Shown here: positions 9,523 to 18,290 of the stretch, one piece after another | Numbering within the stretch: the first letter of the stretch is position 1 | Layout of the letters: every line of letters starts with the position of its first letter | Source: Planctomycetota bacterium | GTDB taxonomy: Bacteria; Planctomycetota; UBA1135; UBA2386 | Assembly (NCBI GenBank): GCA_947501605.1 | Contig: CANMWZ010000016.1 | Location: 27,991 to 91,990, forward strand | Direction of reading: 5' to 3' | DNA length: 64,000 bases | The notes under the pieces: generated by a model | What the model was told of the DNA's origin: nothing | Seen by the model: only the letters and a program-made list of their open reading frames with translations | Databases searched by the model: none | Made by a program: the position numbers and the translations under genes

Positions 9523-9796
9523 GCAGTCTTCCGTACGGTGACCGATTGCGGTCACGGCTCCTTTCGGAAGGCCTGCAGGAAGACTTGAGCGCCGCAGGGA
9601 TCGGCAGGTGCTCACGGAACCGCCCAGCACGGTTGCCGGGCGCTCGAAGGGGGCACTGCGGCAAGACCCGGCGACCGCCCCCTCGCAACCTGCTGAGCTG
9701 GACGAGCGCCGCGCTGCAGTCCGTGCTGTCGTGCTCTACGTGCCGGACGCCAACTCGCCGGTCATGACCAATCCCAACAGCGAGGACCGGAGTGGC

Positions 9797-10294
9797 TCAG
9801 AACGGGATGTCGCCGTAGTCCACTTCCCCTCCCTCACTGGCGCCTTCACCACCACGGCGAGCGCCACCACCACTACTACCACCACCACCACCACCTGCAG
9901 GGCGACGTGCCGCACCGCCGCCACTGGCGCCACCACCGCCGCTAGCGCCACCTTCGCCGGCTCCACGCGGTGCTCCGACGAACTGGAAGTTGTCGATGAC
10001 GACCTCGAGCTTGTTTTTCTTCTGCCCGTCCTGACCCTCCCAGGTCGAGTACTCAAGTCGCCCCTCGACGAACAGAGGGCTCCCCTTGGCGACGTACTGG
10101 CTGAGCACTTCGGCCTGTCGGCCGAACGCGGTCAGGTCGACGAAACATGTCGACTCCTTTTGCTCGCCGTTCTGCGTCCACTTGCGATTGATCGCCATCC
10201 CTAGTTTGGCGATCTGCATGCCGCCTTGCGTCGTTCGCATTTCGACGTCGCGCGTGAGATTTCCCATCAGGATGACTTTGTTGAAGTTGGCCAT
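9797..10294 (-). CDS. ssb: Single-stranded DNA-binding protein
   Basis: OB-fold N-terminus MANFNKVILMGNLTRDVE..., a Gly-rich linker and the acidic tip ending DIPF. Confidence 0.95.
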   Translation of the reverse strand: MANFNKVILMGNLTRDVEMRTTQGGMQIAKLGMAINRKWTQNGEQKESTCFVDLTAFGRQAEVLSQYVAKGSPLFVEGRLEYSTWEGQDGQKKNKLEVVIDNFQFVGAPRGAGEGGASGGGGASGGGAARRPAGGGGGGSSGGGARRGGEGASEGGEVDYGDIPF

Positions 10295-10461
10295 GACACC
10301 CTCGTTGTTCGTGTGAAGAAGAAGACGACGGGATCGGGTGCGTTCCGCCGCTCAGAGAAGGATGCGATGCTAGGTCCTGTCGCTGGGTTTTCCCATCGCT
10401 CGCCACATCGCCGCCGCGCTGGCGCGCAGTCGACCCGACAGCTAACCTGAGTCCCGCAACC

Positions 10462-10806
10462 ATGAGCACTCCCGCTAGAGAACGCCGCCGTGCGCCACGC
10501 GCGATCGCCGACTTCCCGATCCAACTGACCCAAGGCCCGGAGGGCGCGGAAGGCCGCTTGAAGGACTTGTCGGCGATCGGCCTCAGCTGCACAACCGGAG
10601 CAGATGTTCCGGAGTTCACCAAGCTAGGAATCGACCTACAACTCCCTGGGCAGAGCCGCCGGCACAGCATCCAGGGCGCAGTCGTTCGCAGCGAGGCATC
10701 GCGAACGGAGAAGGGCAAGTTCGAGATCGCGATCTACTTCACCGAGATCGAGGCGGCGACCAAGCTGGCAATCGGCGAATACGTGAGCGGCGGCGAGCCA
10801 GCCTGA
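10462..10806 (+). CDS. Single-domain PilZ protein (putative c-di-GMP receptor)
   Basis: RRRAPR (RxxxR) followed by DLSAIG (D/NxSxxG) at typical PilZ spacing. Length 114 aa. Confidence 0.75.
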   Translation: MSTPARERRRAPRAIADFPIQLTQGPEGAEGRLKDLSAIGLSCTTGADVPEFTKLGIDLQLPGQSRRHSIQGAVVRSEASRTEKGKFEIAIYFTEIEAATKLAIGEYVSGGEPA

Positions 10807-10821
10807 ACCGAACGGCACCCT

Positions 10822-10867
10822 GACGCTCTGCGCGAGGTCGCGACGACGCTCTGCGCGAGGTCGCGAC
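10822..10867. repeat. Perfect 23-bp tandem direct duplication (gacgctctgcgcgaggtcgcgac, two copies) in a convergent intergenic spacer
   Basis: Copy 1 (10822-10844) and copy 2 (10845-10867) are identical. Each ends in the palindrome gtcgcgac. Confidence 0.9.
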
Positions 10868-10876
10868 GCGCGGTCG

Positions 10877-11731
10877 TCAGCGCCGGCGAGCGAGGAGGAA
10901 CCGCGGATTGGCGGCCAGATCGGACCGCAGTTCTGCGTCCATCAAATCAGCACACCCCGCCAGCACAGCAAGACAGGCGTCGCTGGCGCCAAGGCCAGTC
11001 TCTAGTACCAAGCTAGCGCCGCTCCGTAGATGCCGGCCGACACCTGCGGCAATGGCGCGATAGCACGAAGCGGGATCGCCGTGTTGGCTGAATAGTGCCA
11101 ACGGAGGCTCGAAGGAACGCACATCATCCGCGAGCAGATCGGGCTGCGCAGGATCGACGTAGGGCGGATTGGAGACCAGGAGATCGAAGGGCTCTTCGCC
11201 CCCGCAGGCCTCCCACCACGACCCATGGCGCAACGTGACGCGCGACTGGAGGTCATGACGCGACAGGTTGCGTGCGGCGATCGCGAGCGCATTCTTGCTG
11301 ACGTCAGAGGCGACGATTTTGAGGTCCGGGCGTTCGAGAGCCAGCGCCACCGAGATGGCGCCACTGCCGGTGCCAAGCTCGATGACCCGCGCTCCTTCTG
11401 GCGCCGAGGCAAGCGCAAGCTCCACCAGTTCCTCGGTCTCGGGACGAGGGATCAACACCGCGGGCGACACTTCGACCGTGTGGCCGCGGAAGCTCCACTC
11501 GCCTAGCAAGTAAGCAACCGGCTCATGCTTGCCGCGACGAGCAATCAAGGCCCGCATGGCAGTACGCTCGTGGTCCCCTAACGGACGATCATGCTGGAGG
11601 TAGAGCTGCAGCCGGTCGATGCCCAGCACTTTGCCGAGCAGCAACTCCGCCGAGCGCCTTGGCGCATCGACCTGGTGCTGGTCGAGCCACCCTTCGGCAG
11701 CTCGCAGAACGGAGAGCACGGTATGGCTCAC
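10877..11731 (-). CDS. prmC: Release-factor glutamine N5-methyltransferase
   Basis: NPPY catalytic motif (LLVSNPPYV), SAM motif VIELGTGSGAI, and genomic linkage to prfA. Confidence 0.9.
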   Translation of the reverse strand: MSHTVLSVLRAAEGWLDQHQVDAPRRSAELLLGKVLGIDRLQLYLQHDRPLGDHERTAMRALIARRGKHEPVAYLLGEWSFRGHTVEVSPAVLIPRPETEELVELALASAPEGARVIELGTGSGAISVALALERPDLKIVASDVSKNALAIAARNLSRHDLQSRVTLRHGSWWEACGGEEPFDLLVSNPPYVDPAQPDLLADDVRSFEPPLALFSQHGDPASCYRAIAAGVGRHLRSGASLVLETGLGASDACLAVLAGCADLMDAELRSDLAANPRFLLARRR

Positions 11732-11768
11732 GCGGTGTAATCGGGCGTCGGCGGCGCCGACGCGAAGG

Positions 11769-12500
11769 TCAACGACGCTTGCGCTCAGCAGCTTGGGTCA
11801 TGCGCGCCTGCTTCTGTTCCTTGTTCTTCTTGGCGCCGCCAGCGATGCCCGCGATGAAGAAGAATTCGGCCAGCAGTGCGCCCAAGAACACGAAGAAGCG
11901 ACCGGTACCAAAGGCTCGGAAGAACAACTCGACGCGCATCGCGGCGTCGGCGGACTCCACCTTCTTCGATAGCGCGAGGCCCATGTCCCCAAACAGGCTG
12001 TTCCACCCGTAACCCGGCTCCAGCATCGCGTTGCCGTGGAGGCTGCCCCATTGACGCGCGCTCTCGATCGCCGCGGGGGCGTCGTAGCCGATCAGATTCA
12101 TGGTCTGCGCCAAGAGAGGGATGAAGCACAGAAGCAGCCACTTCAGGCTGGCTCCAGTCGAGCGGTTGTTGTGAATCGCTGCCCACCAGGTCCAGACCAT
12201 GCCAAGACCGATGAACAGGAACACGGCACCACTCATCGTCTTGTAGCCGACGTAGTTGATGTCCGCCGAGAACGGCATCAGACAGCCCAGGACCATCAAG
12301 ACGCCGCACATCAGGAAGCGATACGACATCTTGTCGACGCAGCGCTGGTTGAAGGCCGGCGGCGGCAGACCAGCGCTCGGTCCCTGCGACATCATCGCAT
12401 CGGGCATCGATGGCATCGGCACTGCATCCGCCATCGGCATCGCGCCGGGATCGAGAGGTTCAAGGTCCTGCAGTTGGGGGTCGTTGCCGCTATCGGTCAT
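11769..12500 (-). CDS. Hypothetical multi-pass membrane protein with a Pro/Met-rich N-terminus and a Lys/Arg-rich C-terminus
   Basis: Several hydrophobic segments (FLMCGVLMVLGCLMPF, AVFLFIGLGMVWTWWAAI, LLLCFIPLLAQT, FFVFLGALLAEFFFIAGIAGG). Confidence 0.7.
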   Translation of the reverse strand: MTDSGNDPQLQDLEPLDPGAMPMADAVPMPSMPDAMMSQGPSAGLPPPAFNQRCVDKMSYRFLMCGVLMVLGCLMPFSADINYVGYKTMSGAVFLFIGLGMVWTWWAAIHNNRSTGASLKWLLLCFIPLLAQTMNLIGYDAPAAIESARQWGSLHGNAMLEPGYGWNSLFGDMGLALSKKVESADAAMRVELFFRAFGTGRFFVFLGALLAEFFFIAGIAGGAKKNKEQKQARMTQAAERKRR

Positions 12501-12544
12501 GAGTGGGCTCCGGAGGGGTCTAGCGAAGAGGACTGGGGAGAGGT

Positions 12545-13627
12545 TCAGATCTGTTCGAGTCGGCGTTCGCGATCGTCGGCGAGCAACGCCGCCACGACCG
12601 GTTCGAGCCGCCCTTCCATGATCTGGGTCAACGAGAAGTTGCGACCCAGTCGATGGTCGGTCAAGCGATCCTGCGGGAAGTTGTAAGTCCGGATGCGTTC
12701 GCTTCGGTCTCCGGTACCGACTTGCTCCTTGCGCTCGGCAGCCCGCGCAGCCGCGGCGGCGCGTTTCTGCGCCTCGTAGAGCCGGGCACGCAGCAGCTTC
12801 ATCGCTCGCTGCCGATTCTTGAGCTGACTTCGCTCCTCCTGGCAGGCCACGACTACACCACTGGGCAAGTGCGTGATGCGGACAGCGGACTCCGTCTTGT
12901 TCACGTGCTGACCACCAGCACCGCTGCTGCGGAAGGTGTCGATTTTCAGGTCCTTGTCATCGATTGCGATCTCGACATCCTCGACCTCGGGCAACACGGC
13001 AACCGTGGCGGCCGATGTATGCACGCGACCCTTGGCCTCCGTTTCTGGCACCCGCTGCACCCGATGCCCGCCCGACTCGAACTGTAGGTAGTGGAACACG
13101 CCCTCGCCTCGCAGTGCGAAGATCACTTCCTTGACCCCGCCCTGCTCCGCTTCAGAGCTGTGCATCAGTTCGACCTCCCACCCCATCCGCTGGGCGTAAC
13201 GCTGGTAGAGGTCGGAAAGATCGCGCGCAAACAGGGCAGCCTCTTCGCCACCGGTGCCGGCGCGGATTTCGACGATACAGTTCCTGCGGTCGTCGCCGAG
13301 GTCGGCAAGGAGCGCGTCAATGAGCCCTTCTCCCAACGCGGCCGCACGCGCCTTCAGCTCCGGCAACTCAGCACGTGAGAGTTCCGCGAGATCTGAATCA
13401 GCACCGGGCTGCAGCAAGGACTCGTTGTCCTCGATCTGGGCAACTGTGGCTCGAAACTGCTCATAGCGAGCCACCGTGGCGTAAAGCGACCCGAGTTCCT
13501 TTTGGATGGAAGCGAGTCGCTCGGGCTTCCGAGTTGCCTCTGGGTCTGCGGATTGCGCCAGCAACTCGCGCTGACGCGCGACCATGCCATCGAGTCGGGC
13601 CTGGATGCGCGGACGCAGTTGCGACAT
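12545..13627 (-). CDS. prfA: Peptide chain release factor 1
   Basis: GGQ motif ([19 protein letters not shown]), P-x-T type anticodon loop (VPETE), 360 aa. Confidence 0.95.
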   Translation of the reverse strand: MSQLRPRIQARLDGMVARQRELLAQSADPEATRKPERLASIQKELGSLYATVARYEQFRATVAQIEDNESLLQPGADSDLAELSRAELPELKARAAALGEGLIDALLADLGDDRRNCIVEIRAGTGGEEAALFARDLSDLYQRYAQRMGWEVELMHSSEAEQGGVKEVIFALRGEGVFHYLQFESGGHRVQRVPETEAKGRVHTSAATVAVLPEVEDVEIAIDDKDLKIDTFRSSGAGGQHVNKTESAVRITHLPSGVVVACQEERSQLKNRQRAMKLLRARLYEAQKRAAAAARAAERKEQVGTGDRSERIRTYNFPQDRLTDHRLGRNFSLTQIMEGRLEPVVAALLADDRERRLEQI

Positions 13628-13708
13628 GCCGGGGACTAGGAACGGCGATCCGTCGCTGTGCGCTCACTGCTTCACGGCCTGTGCCTAGCAGCGATCCGCA
13701 CGCACGAC

Positions 13709-13921
13709 TCAGGACTTGGTGGCGGTCTTGCCGTAACGCTTCAGGAACTTGTCGACGCGACCTGCCGTGTCGACGAACTTCTGGGAGCCGGTGTAGTACG
13801 GGTGGCACTCGGCGCAGACGTCCGTACGGATCTCCATGCGAACCGAGCGGGTCGCAAACTTGTGGCCGCAGGCGCAGGTGACTTGACAGTCCTGGTACTT
13901 GGGGTGGATGTTCTCTTTCAT
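13709..13921 (-). CDS. rpmE: 50S ribosomal protein L31
   Basis: MKENIHPKY... and [10 protein letters not shown]. Trimmed from the track ORF to the conserved start. Confidence 0.95.
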   Translation of the reverse strand: MKENIHPKYQDCQVTCACGHKFATRSVRMEIRTDVCAECHPYYTGSQKFVDTAGRVDKFLKRYGKTATKS

Positions 13922-14011
13922 GGCGCGCCGCTCGCGATTGTGCACGAGCAAGGGGCGGAGAGTGTAGGCCGCAACTGCCTACCGTCAACGGTTCACTCAA
14001 ACCGCATCCAC

Positions 14012-14530
14012 TCATCGAAGCCAGGAAACCAACGCCGCGCGATCCGCTGCGTCCCCGACAATGCCCTGAAGGATCAGACGATCGACCGCTACCGGCCGGT
14101 CGATCCAGATGGAAGACAGGAGATCGAGCAGGACGACGCGGAGTTCTGGGTCCAGCGCCCCCAGCTCCAAGGCCGGGAGCACCACTGCGGCAGCTTGGAG
14201 TTCCATTCGCCCAGGGACAGTCGGGAGGGGCGGCGAACGCCGTTGGACCAGACTGCCATCAGACAAGAGTCGCCACTCCACGGCAGCCTCGGGCACCGTG
14301 CCAGGACGGTCGCAAAGCACGATCGAATGGACGGCGAAGCCGCGATCCAGCACGGGGGACGCGACGTTTTCCAGGCCGAGGTCCGCGGCGGCGGCCTCAC
14401 GCAGTTCCGAGCGCGTGCGCGCCTCGGCCTCGTGCTGCCGAAACCACACTTCGAGCCCACCGATAGCGATTGCTGCACAAGCCGCCACGAAAACGAGCTT
14501 TCCCACGACACTTCGTGGCCACACAGTCAT
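14012..14530 (-). CDS. Hypothetical membrane-anchored protein
   Basis: N-terminal TM segment (GKLVFVAACAAIAIGGL). Its ATG overlaps the maf stop (ATGA at 14527-14530). Confidence 0.55.
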   Translation of the reverse strand: MTVWPRSVVGKLVFVAACAAIAIGGLEVWFRQHEAEARTRSELREAAAADLGLENVASPVLDRGFAVHSIVLCDRPGTVPEAAVEWRLLSDGSLVQRRSPPLPTVPGRMELQAAAVVLPALELGALDPELRVVLLDLLSSIWIDRPVAVDRLILQGIVGDAADRAALVSWLR

Positions 14531-15117
14531 TCGGGCCCCGCATTCAGCAGGTGCCTGACTGCTGCCAAACTGAGGCCCACTACGGTGTCGAAGGATCCCT
14601 CGACGAGGCTGACGAACGACTGCGCGTCATCCTGGATGCCGTAAGCACCGGCCTTGCCGCGCCATTCGCCACTGTCGAGGTAGGCTCGCAACGCCTCTTC
14701 GTCCACCGGTCGGCACGACACCGTCGAGGTTGTGAGGTGTTCGCGGAAACAACCTGACGCAGCGTCGACGAGACAGTGCGCTGTGTGCACCTGATGCACT
14801 CTGCCGGCCAACCGACGCAGAAGCAGGTCCGCGTGATGCCGATCGAGTGCCTTGGGGATCTCCGCGCCATCGAGGTCCACCACCGTATCCACACCAAGGA
14901 TCGGGGCCTTCACCCCGCGCGGCGCCACCGCCAGCGTTGCTTTGCTGCGCGCTCGTTCCACGGCGCGCTGCTTCGGCGGACCACAAGCCTCCGGCTCCGG
15001 GCCAGGCACGCCGATCACGAACGGGATCCCAGCCGCGGCCAATAGGGCGCTGCGACGAGGTGACGTCGACGCCAGCACAAGGACTGGGCGAGCACCAACG
15101 TGGAGATCCCGGCGCAT
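14527..15117 (-). CDS. maf: Maf-like nucleoside triphosphate pyrophosphatase
   Basis: LVLASTSPRRSALLAAAGIPF and the C-terminal AGAYGIQD. Start taken at MRRDL (15117); the ORF maximum is 15174. Confidence 0.85.
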   Translation of the reverse strand: MRRDLHVGARPVLVLASTSPRRSALLAAAGIPFVIGVPGPEPEACGPPKQRAVERARSKATLAVAPRGVKAPILGVDTVVDLDGAEIPKALDRHHADLLLRRLAGRVHQVHTAHCLVDAASGCFREHLTTSTVSCRPVDEEALRAYLDSGEWRGKAGAYGIQDDAQSFVSLVEGSFDTVVGLSLAAVRHLLNAGPE

Positions 15118-15231
15118 CCGGGGATCATACTCCGACCCAGGGCGCGGCGTGCAATGGGTGGCAACAACCGACATGCCTAACGGCGACGACGACTCAACCC
15201 ACCGCGCGGGGAGCCAAGTCGGGTAGGCACT

Positions 15232-15984
15232 TCAACCGCGCTTCTTCGAGCTTGGCAGGAGTCGCGCCAGGATGCAGGCCGGCGATAGCGCGTGCGCAAG
15301 GTTTGGCTTGCCCGTTGGCAGATCCGGACCAACTTCGAGCGGCAGATGGCCGTAGGGCTGCAAAATCGTTCGAACCTGCGCAACGAAGTTGTTGGCGGCG
15401 GCATCCTTCGGATCCATGCCCAGCTTCTGTTGCACGCGCAGTGTGGACTTGTCCGAGAAGCAGAGTTCTTCGATCGTCAGCAGGTTGTTCAGGAAGGCCG
15501 CGACGTGCGGACGCAACGCTGGAGTCCGCTGGAAAAAATTGGCGCGATCGCCAACTCCAAGGGCCCGCAGGAAGTCCAGACTGACACCATTTTGGTCGTT
15601 GTAGGTCTGAGCGACGGACTCGCGAACCCACGTGCACCGCTCGAAGAGGCTCGGAATCTGCATGTCGCGCATCAACTCTTCAACTTCGTAGGCCTCCGTG
15701 ACGCGAAACTCGTTGCGGTCAACGAAGCTCTCGACGATGCGGCGCCGAGCTTCCTGGCCGTAGCCGCAGGGCAGACCATCCGCAAAGTAGGCATGCAGCA
15801 TCGCCTCCACGAGGTCGTTGGGCTTTGGCTCCGTGGGCGGCGGCACGTCCACGAGCGCGGCCTGCAGCTCGCCGAGCACCTGATTCCAGCTTGCCGCGTT
15901 TTGCGGAAGCGACTCGCGGGGATCCGGAGCCGATGGGGTTCCGACTGAGTCGGCGGGGTTGCGGTTCTTCTTCTTCGTGGGCAC
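15232..15984 (-). CDS. Hypothetical protein, with a possible helix-hairpin-helix-like segment (LDFLRALGVGDRANFF)
   Basis: Third-position GC becomes high only downstream of about 16000. GTG at 15984 is preceded by GGAGG with a 5-nt spacer. The track ORF start at 16131 would overlap rpsP. Confidence 0.65.
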   Translation of the reverse strand: MPTKKKNRNPADSVGTPSAPDPRESLPQNAASWNQVLGELQAALVDVPPPTEPKPNDLVEAMLHAYFADGLPCGYGQEARRRIVESFVDRNEFRVTEAYEVEELMRDMQIPSLFERCTWVRESVAQTYNDQNGVSLDFLRALGVGDRANFFQRTPALRPHVAAFLNNLLTIEELCFSDKSTLRVQQKLGMDPKDAAANNFVAQVRTILQPYGHLPLEVGPDLPTGKPNLAHALSPACILARLLPSSKKRG

Positions 15985-16090
15985 CCTGGCCTCCAAGATC
16001 TCGTCGGAACGCAGGAACCGTCGCTCTACAGGGACCGCATGGGGAGCACTTGGATCGCTCGCTCCTCCACGGTCCACTGCAGGCGCAACA

Positions 16091-16483
16091 TCACTTCTTC
16101 TTCTTCGGGGCAGGCTTGCCCTTGGCGTCAACCACAGGCTTCGGCTTCGGCTTGCGCGGCACCTTCTTCTTTGGTGGCACCCAAGTCTTCGGCTTCGCCT
16201 TGCTCTTGCCGCGCACCGGCTTCTTGCGAACCGGCATTGCGATACCCGAGCGCTTGATCATGCTCGTCACGGTTTCCGAGGGCTGCGCACCGACCGAGAG
16301 CCAGTAGCTAATGCGCTCGGCATTCAGCTTCAGCTGCTCCTGCTCACGCGGCATCAACGGCAAGTAGTAACCGAGGGCTTCGATGATGCGGCCATCGCGC
16401 GGCGAGCGCGAGTCCGCAGCTACCAAGCGGTACGTCGGGAGGTTCAGGCGACCGAACCGTTTCATGCGAAGCTTGACGACCAA
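16091..16483 (-). CDS. rpsP: 30S ribosomal protein S16 with a Lys/Pro-rich C-terminal extension
   Basis: MVVKLRMKRFGRLNLPTYRLVAADSRSPRDGRIIEALGYY. TTG start with GGAGA upstream. The tail reads KPVRGKSKAKPKTWVPPKKKVPRKPKPKP...KKKK. Confidence 0.95.
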   Translation of the reverse strand: MVVKLRMKRFGRLNLPTYRLVAADSRSPRDGRIIEALGYYLPLMPREQEQLKLNAERISYWLSVGAQPSETVTSMIKRSGIAMPVRKKPVRGKSKAKPKTWVPPKKKVPRKPKPKPVVDAKGKPAPKKKK

Positions 16484-16687
16484 GGCGAAGAATCTCCGTG
16501 CAGACTACGGGGCGCGATCAGGAACGGCCGAGCCGTTCCTCGGTGCCAAACGCAGCACTCCGCTGCGAGAGCCACCGACGAAAGGGCGAAGGAGCAAACC
16601 AGATTGAGGTTGCCTTTGCCAGCCCTTTTTCCGAGTCGAAGCGCACTAGGCGTGATGCCGAAGGGCTGAGGCGCTGTCGCAGCACGA

Positions 16688-18127
16688 TCAACGACGACGA
16701 CCAGGAAGGCCAGGAAAGCCCTGCCCAGGGAAACCGCGCGGACCTGCCCCACCGGGGCGCTGACCGCCGAGCAGGCTTTCGAGATTGCCCAATCCACCGC
16801 CGCCCATGCCGCCGAGCCCACCTGGACCACCTAGCCCACCCTTGCCCAGCTTCTTCATCATGTCCTGCATCGCCTTGAACTGCTTGATGAGCGCATTCAC
16901 GGCGTCGAGTGCATTGCCCGAGCCCGCAGCGATACGGCGCCGGCGGGGCAAGTCGATCAAATCTGGCTTCCGACGCTCTCGAGGCGTCATCGAAAGAATG
17001 ACGGCCTCGATGCGCTTGAAATGCGCATCGTCGAAATCGACGTCTTTGAGCATCTGGCCAACGCCTGGCAACATGCCAAGGACCTTCTTCAACGGGCCGA
17101 GCTTGCGGATCATGTTCAACTGCTGGAGGAAGTCCTCGAAGGAGAACTGACCCTTCTGGAGCTTCTGTGCGGCTTTCGCAGCCTCCTTCTCGTCGATCAC
17201 CTCCTGTGCCTTTTCGACGAGGCCGACGACGTCTCCCATACCCAGGATTCGACCCGCCATTCGCGGTGGATCGAACTCCTCTAGGTCATCGGGCTTCTCG
17301 CCGACGCCAGCGAAAAGGATCGGTCGACCCGTGACCTTGACGATCGACAGGGCCGCCCCGCCGCGCGCATCGCCATCGACCTTGGTCAGGATCAGCCCAT
17401 GCAGCGGCAACCGGGTGTGGAACTCCTTGGCTGAGTTCACGGCGTCCTGCCCGAGCATCGCGTCGCAGACCAGCAAGACGCCATGCGGCTTGCATCGCGC
17501 ATGGACTTCAGCCAACTCCGCCATCAACACTTCGTCGATGTGCAGCCGACCGGCAGTGTCAAGGATCACAACGTCGTGGCCGTGCTTCGTTGCGTGCTCG
17601 ATGCCGCGACGACAGACCTCGGGAGGTCTGGCAGTTACCGGCTCCGCATAGACCGCAATGCCGAGTTGCTTGCCAAGGCTCTGTAACTGATCGACTGCGG
17701 CGGGACGCTGGAGATCCGCGGCGACGAGCAAGGGGTTCTTCTTCTTGTTCTTGCGCAGCCACAACGCGAGCTTGCCGCAAGTCGTTGTCTTGCCGCTCCC
17801 CTGAAGGCCGCACATCATCAACACCAGCGGCGGCGCATCGGCGACCGGCAACCCGGTCCGCTCCCCTCCCAGCAGCTCGGTCAAAGCGTCATGGAAGACC
17901 TTGATGAACTGCTGACCCGGGTTGACCGCCTTGATGACTTCCTGACCAAGGGCGCGTTGCTTGACGTCGACGATGAACTGCTTGGCAACTTGGTAGTTGA
18001 CGTCGGCCTCGAGCAGCGCCTGCCGGACAGATCGAATGCCGTCTTCGACGTTCTGCTCGGTGAGCACCTTCTGGCCAGCAATGGCGCGATATGCGTTTCC
18101 AAGGGCATTGGCGAGCGAGTCGAACAT
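16688..18127 (-). CDS. ffh: Signal recognition particle protein Ffh
   Basis: NG domain motifs GLQGSGKTTT, DTAGR and TKVDGDARGG. Met/Gly-rich M domain. Confidence 0.97.
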   Translation of the reverse strand: MFDSLANALGNAYRAIAGQKVLTEQNVEDGIRSVRQALLEADVNYQVAKQFIVDVKQRALGQEVIKAVNPGQQFIKVFHDALTELLGGERTGLPVADAPPLVLMMCGLQGSGKTTTCGKLALWLRKNKKKNPLLVAADLQRPAAVDQLQSLGKQLGIAVYAEPVTARPPEVCRRGIEHATKHGHDVVILDTAGRLHIDEVLMAELAEVHARCKPHGVLLVCDAMLGQDAVNSAKEFHTRLPLHGLILTKVDGDARGGAALSIVKVTGRPILFAGVGEKPDDLEEFDPPRMAGRILGMGDVVGLVEKAQEVIDEKEAAKAAQKLQKGQFSFEDFLQQLNMIRKLGPLKKVLGMLPGVGQMLKDVDFDDAHFKRIEAVILSMTPRERRKPDLIDLPRRRRIAAGSGNALDAVNALIKQFKAMQDMMKKLGKGGLGGPGGLGGMGGGGLGNLESLLGGQRPGGAGPRGFPGQGFPGLPGRRR

Positions 18128-18290
18128 GAGGGGCCCAGAATCGGCCGCGCACGAGCCCGGGTCAAGCGCACAGACTCGGTTCGAAGGCCCGCGGAAGACG
18201 CACCGGCTCTTTCACGTCCGAACTGCGACCGCGGCACCGCGGTTGCTACGCTCCGCCGACGTCGTCCGTTTCCCGCCTCAAGGTGTCCTC

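Noticed and set aside
9841-9960. Runs of acc/gcc triplets (caccaccactactaccaccaccaccaccacc...) that look like a microsatellite
   Set aside because: They are in frame on the minus strand and encode the Gly-rich disordered linker of SSB (GGGGGSSGGG...). This is ordinary for ssb.
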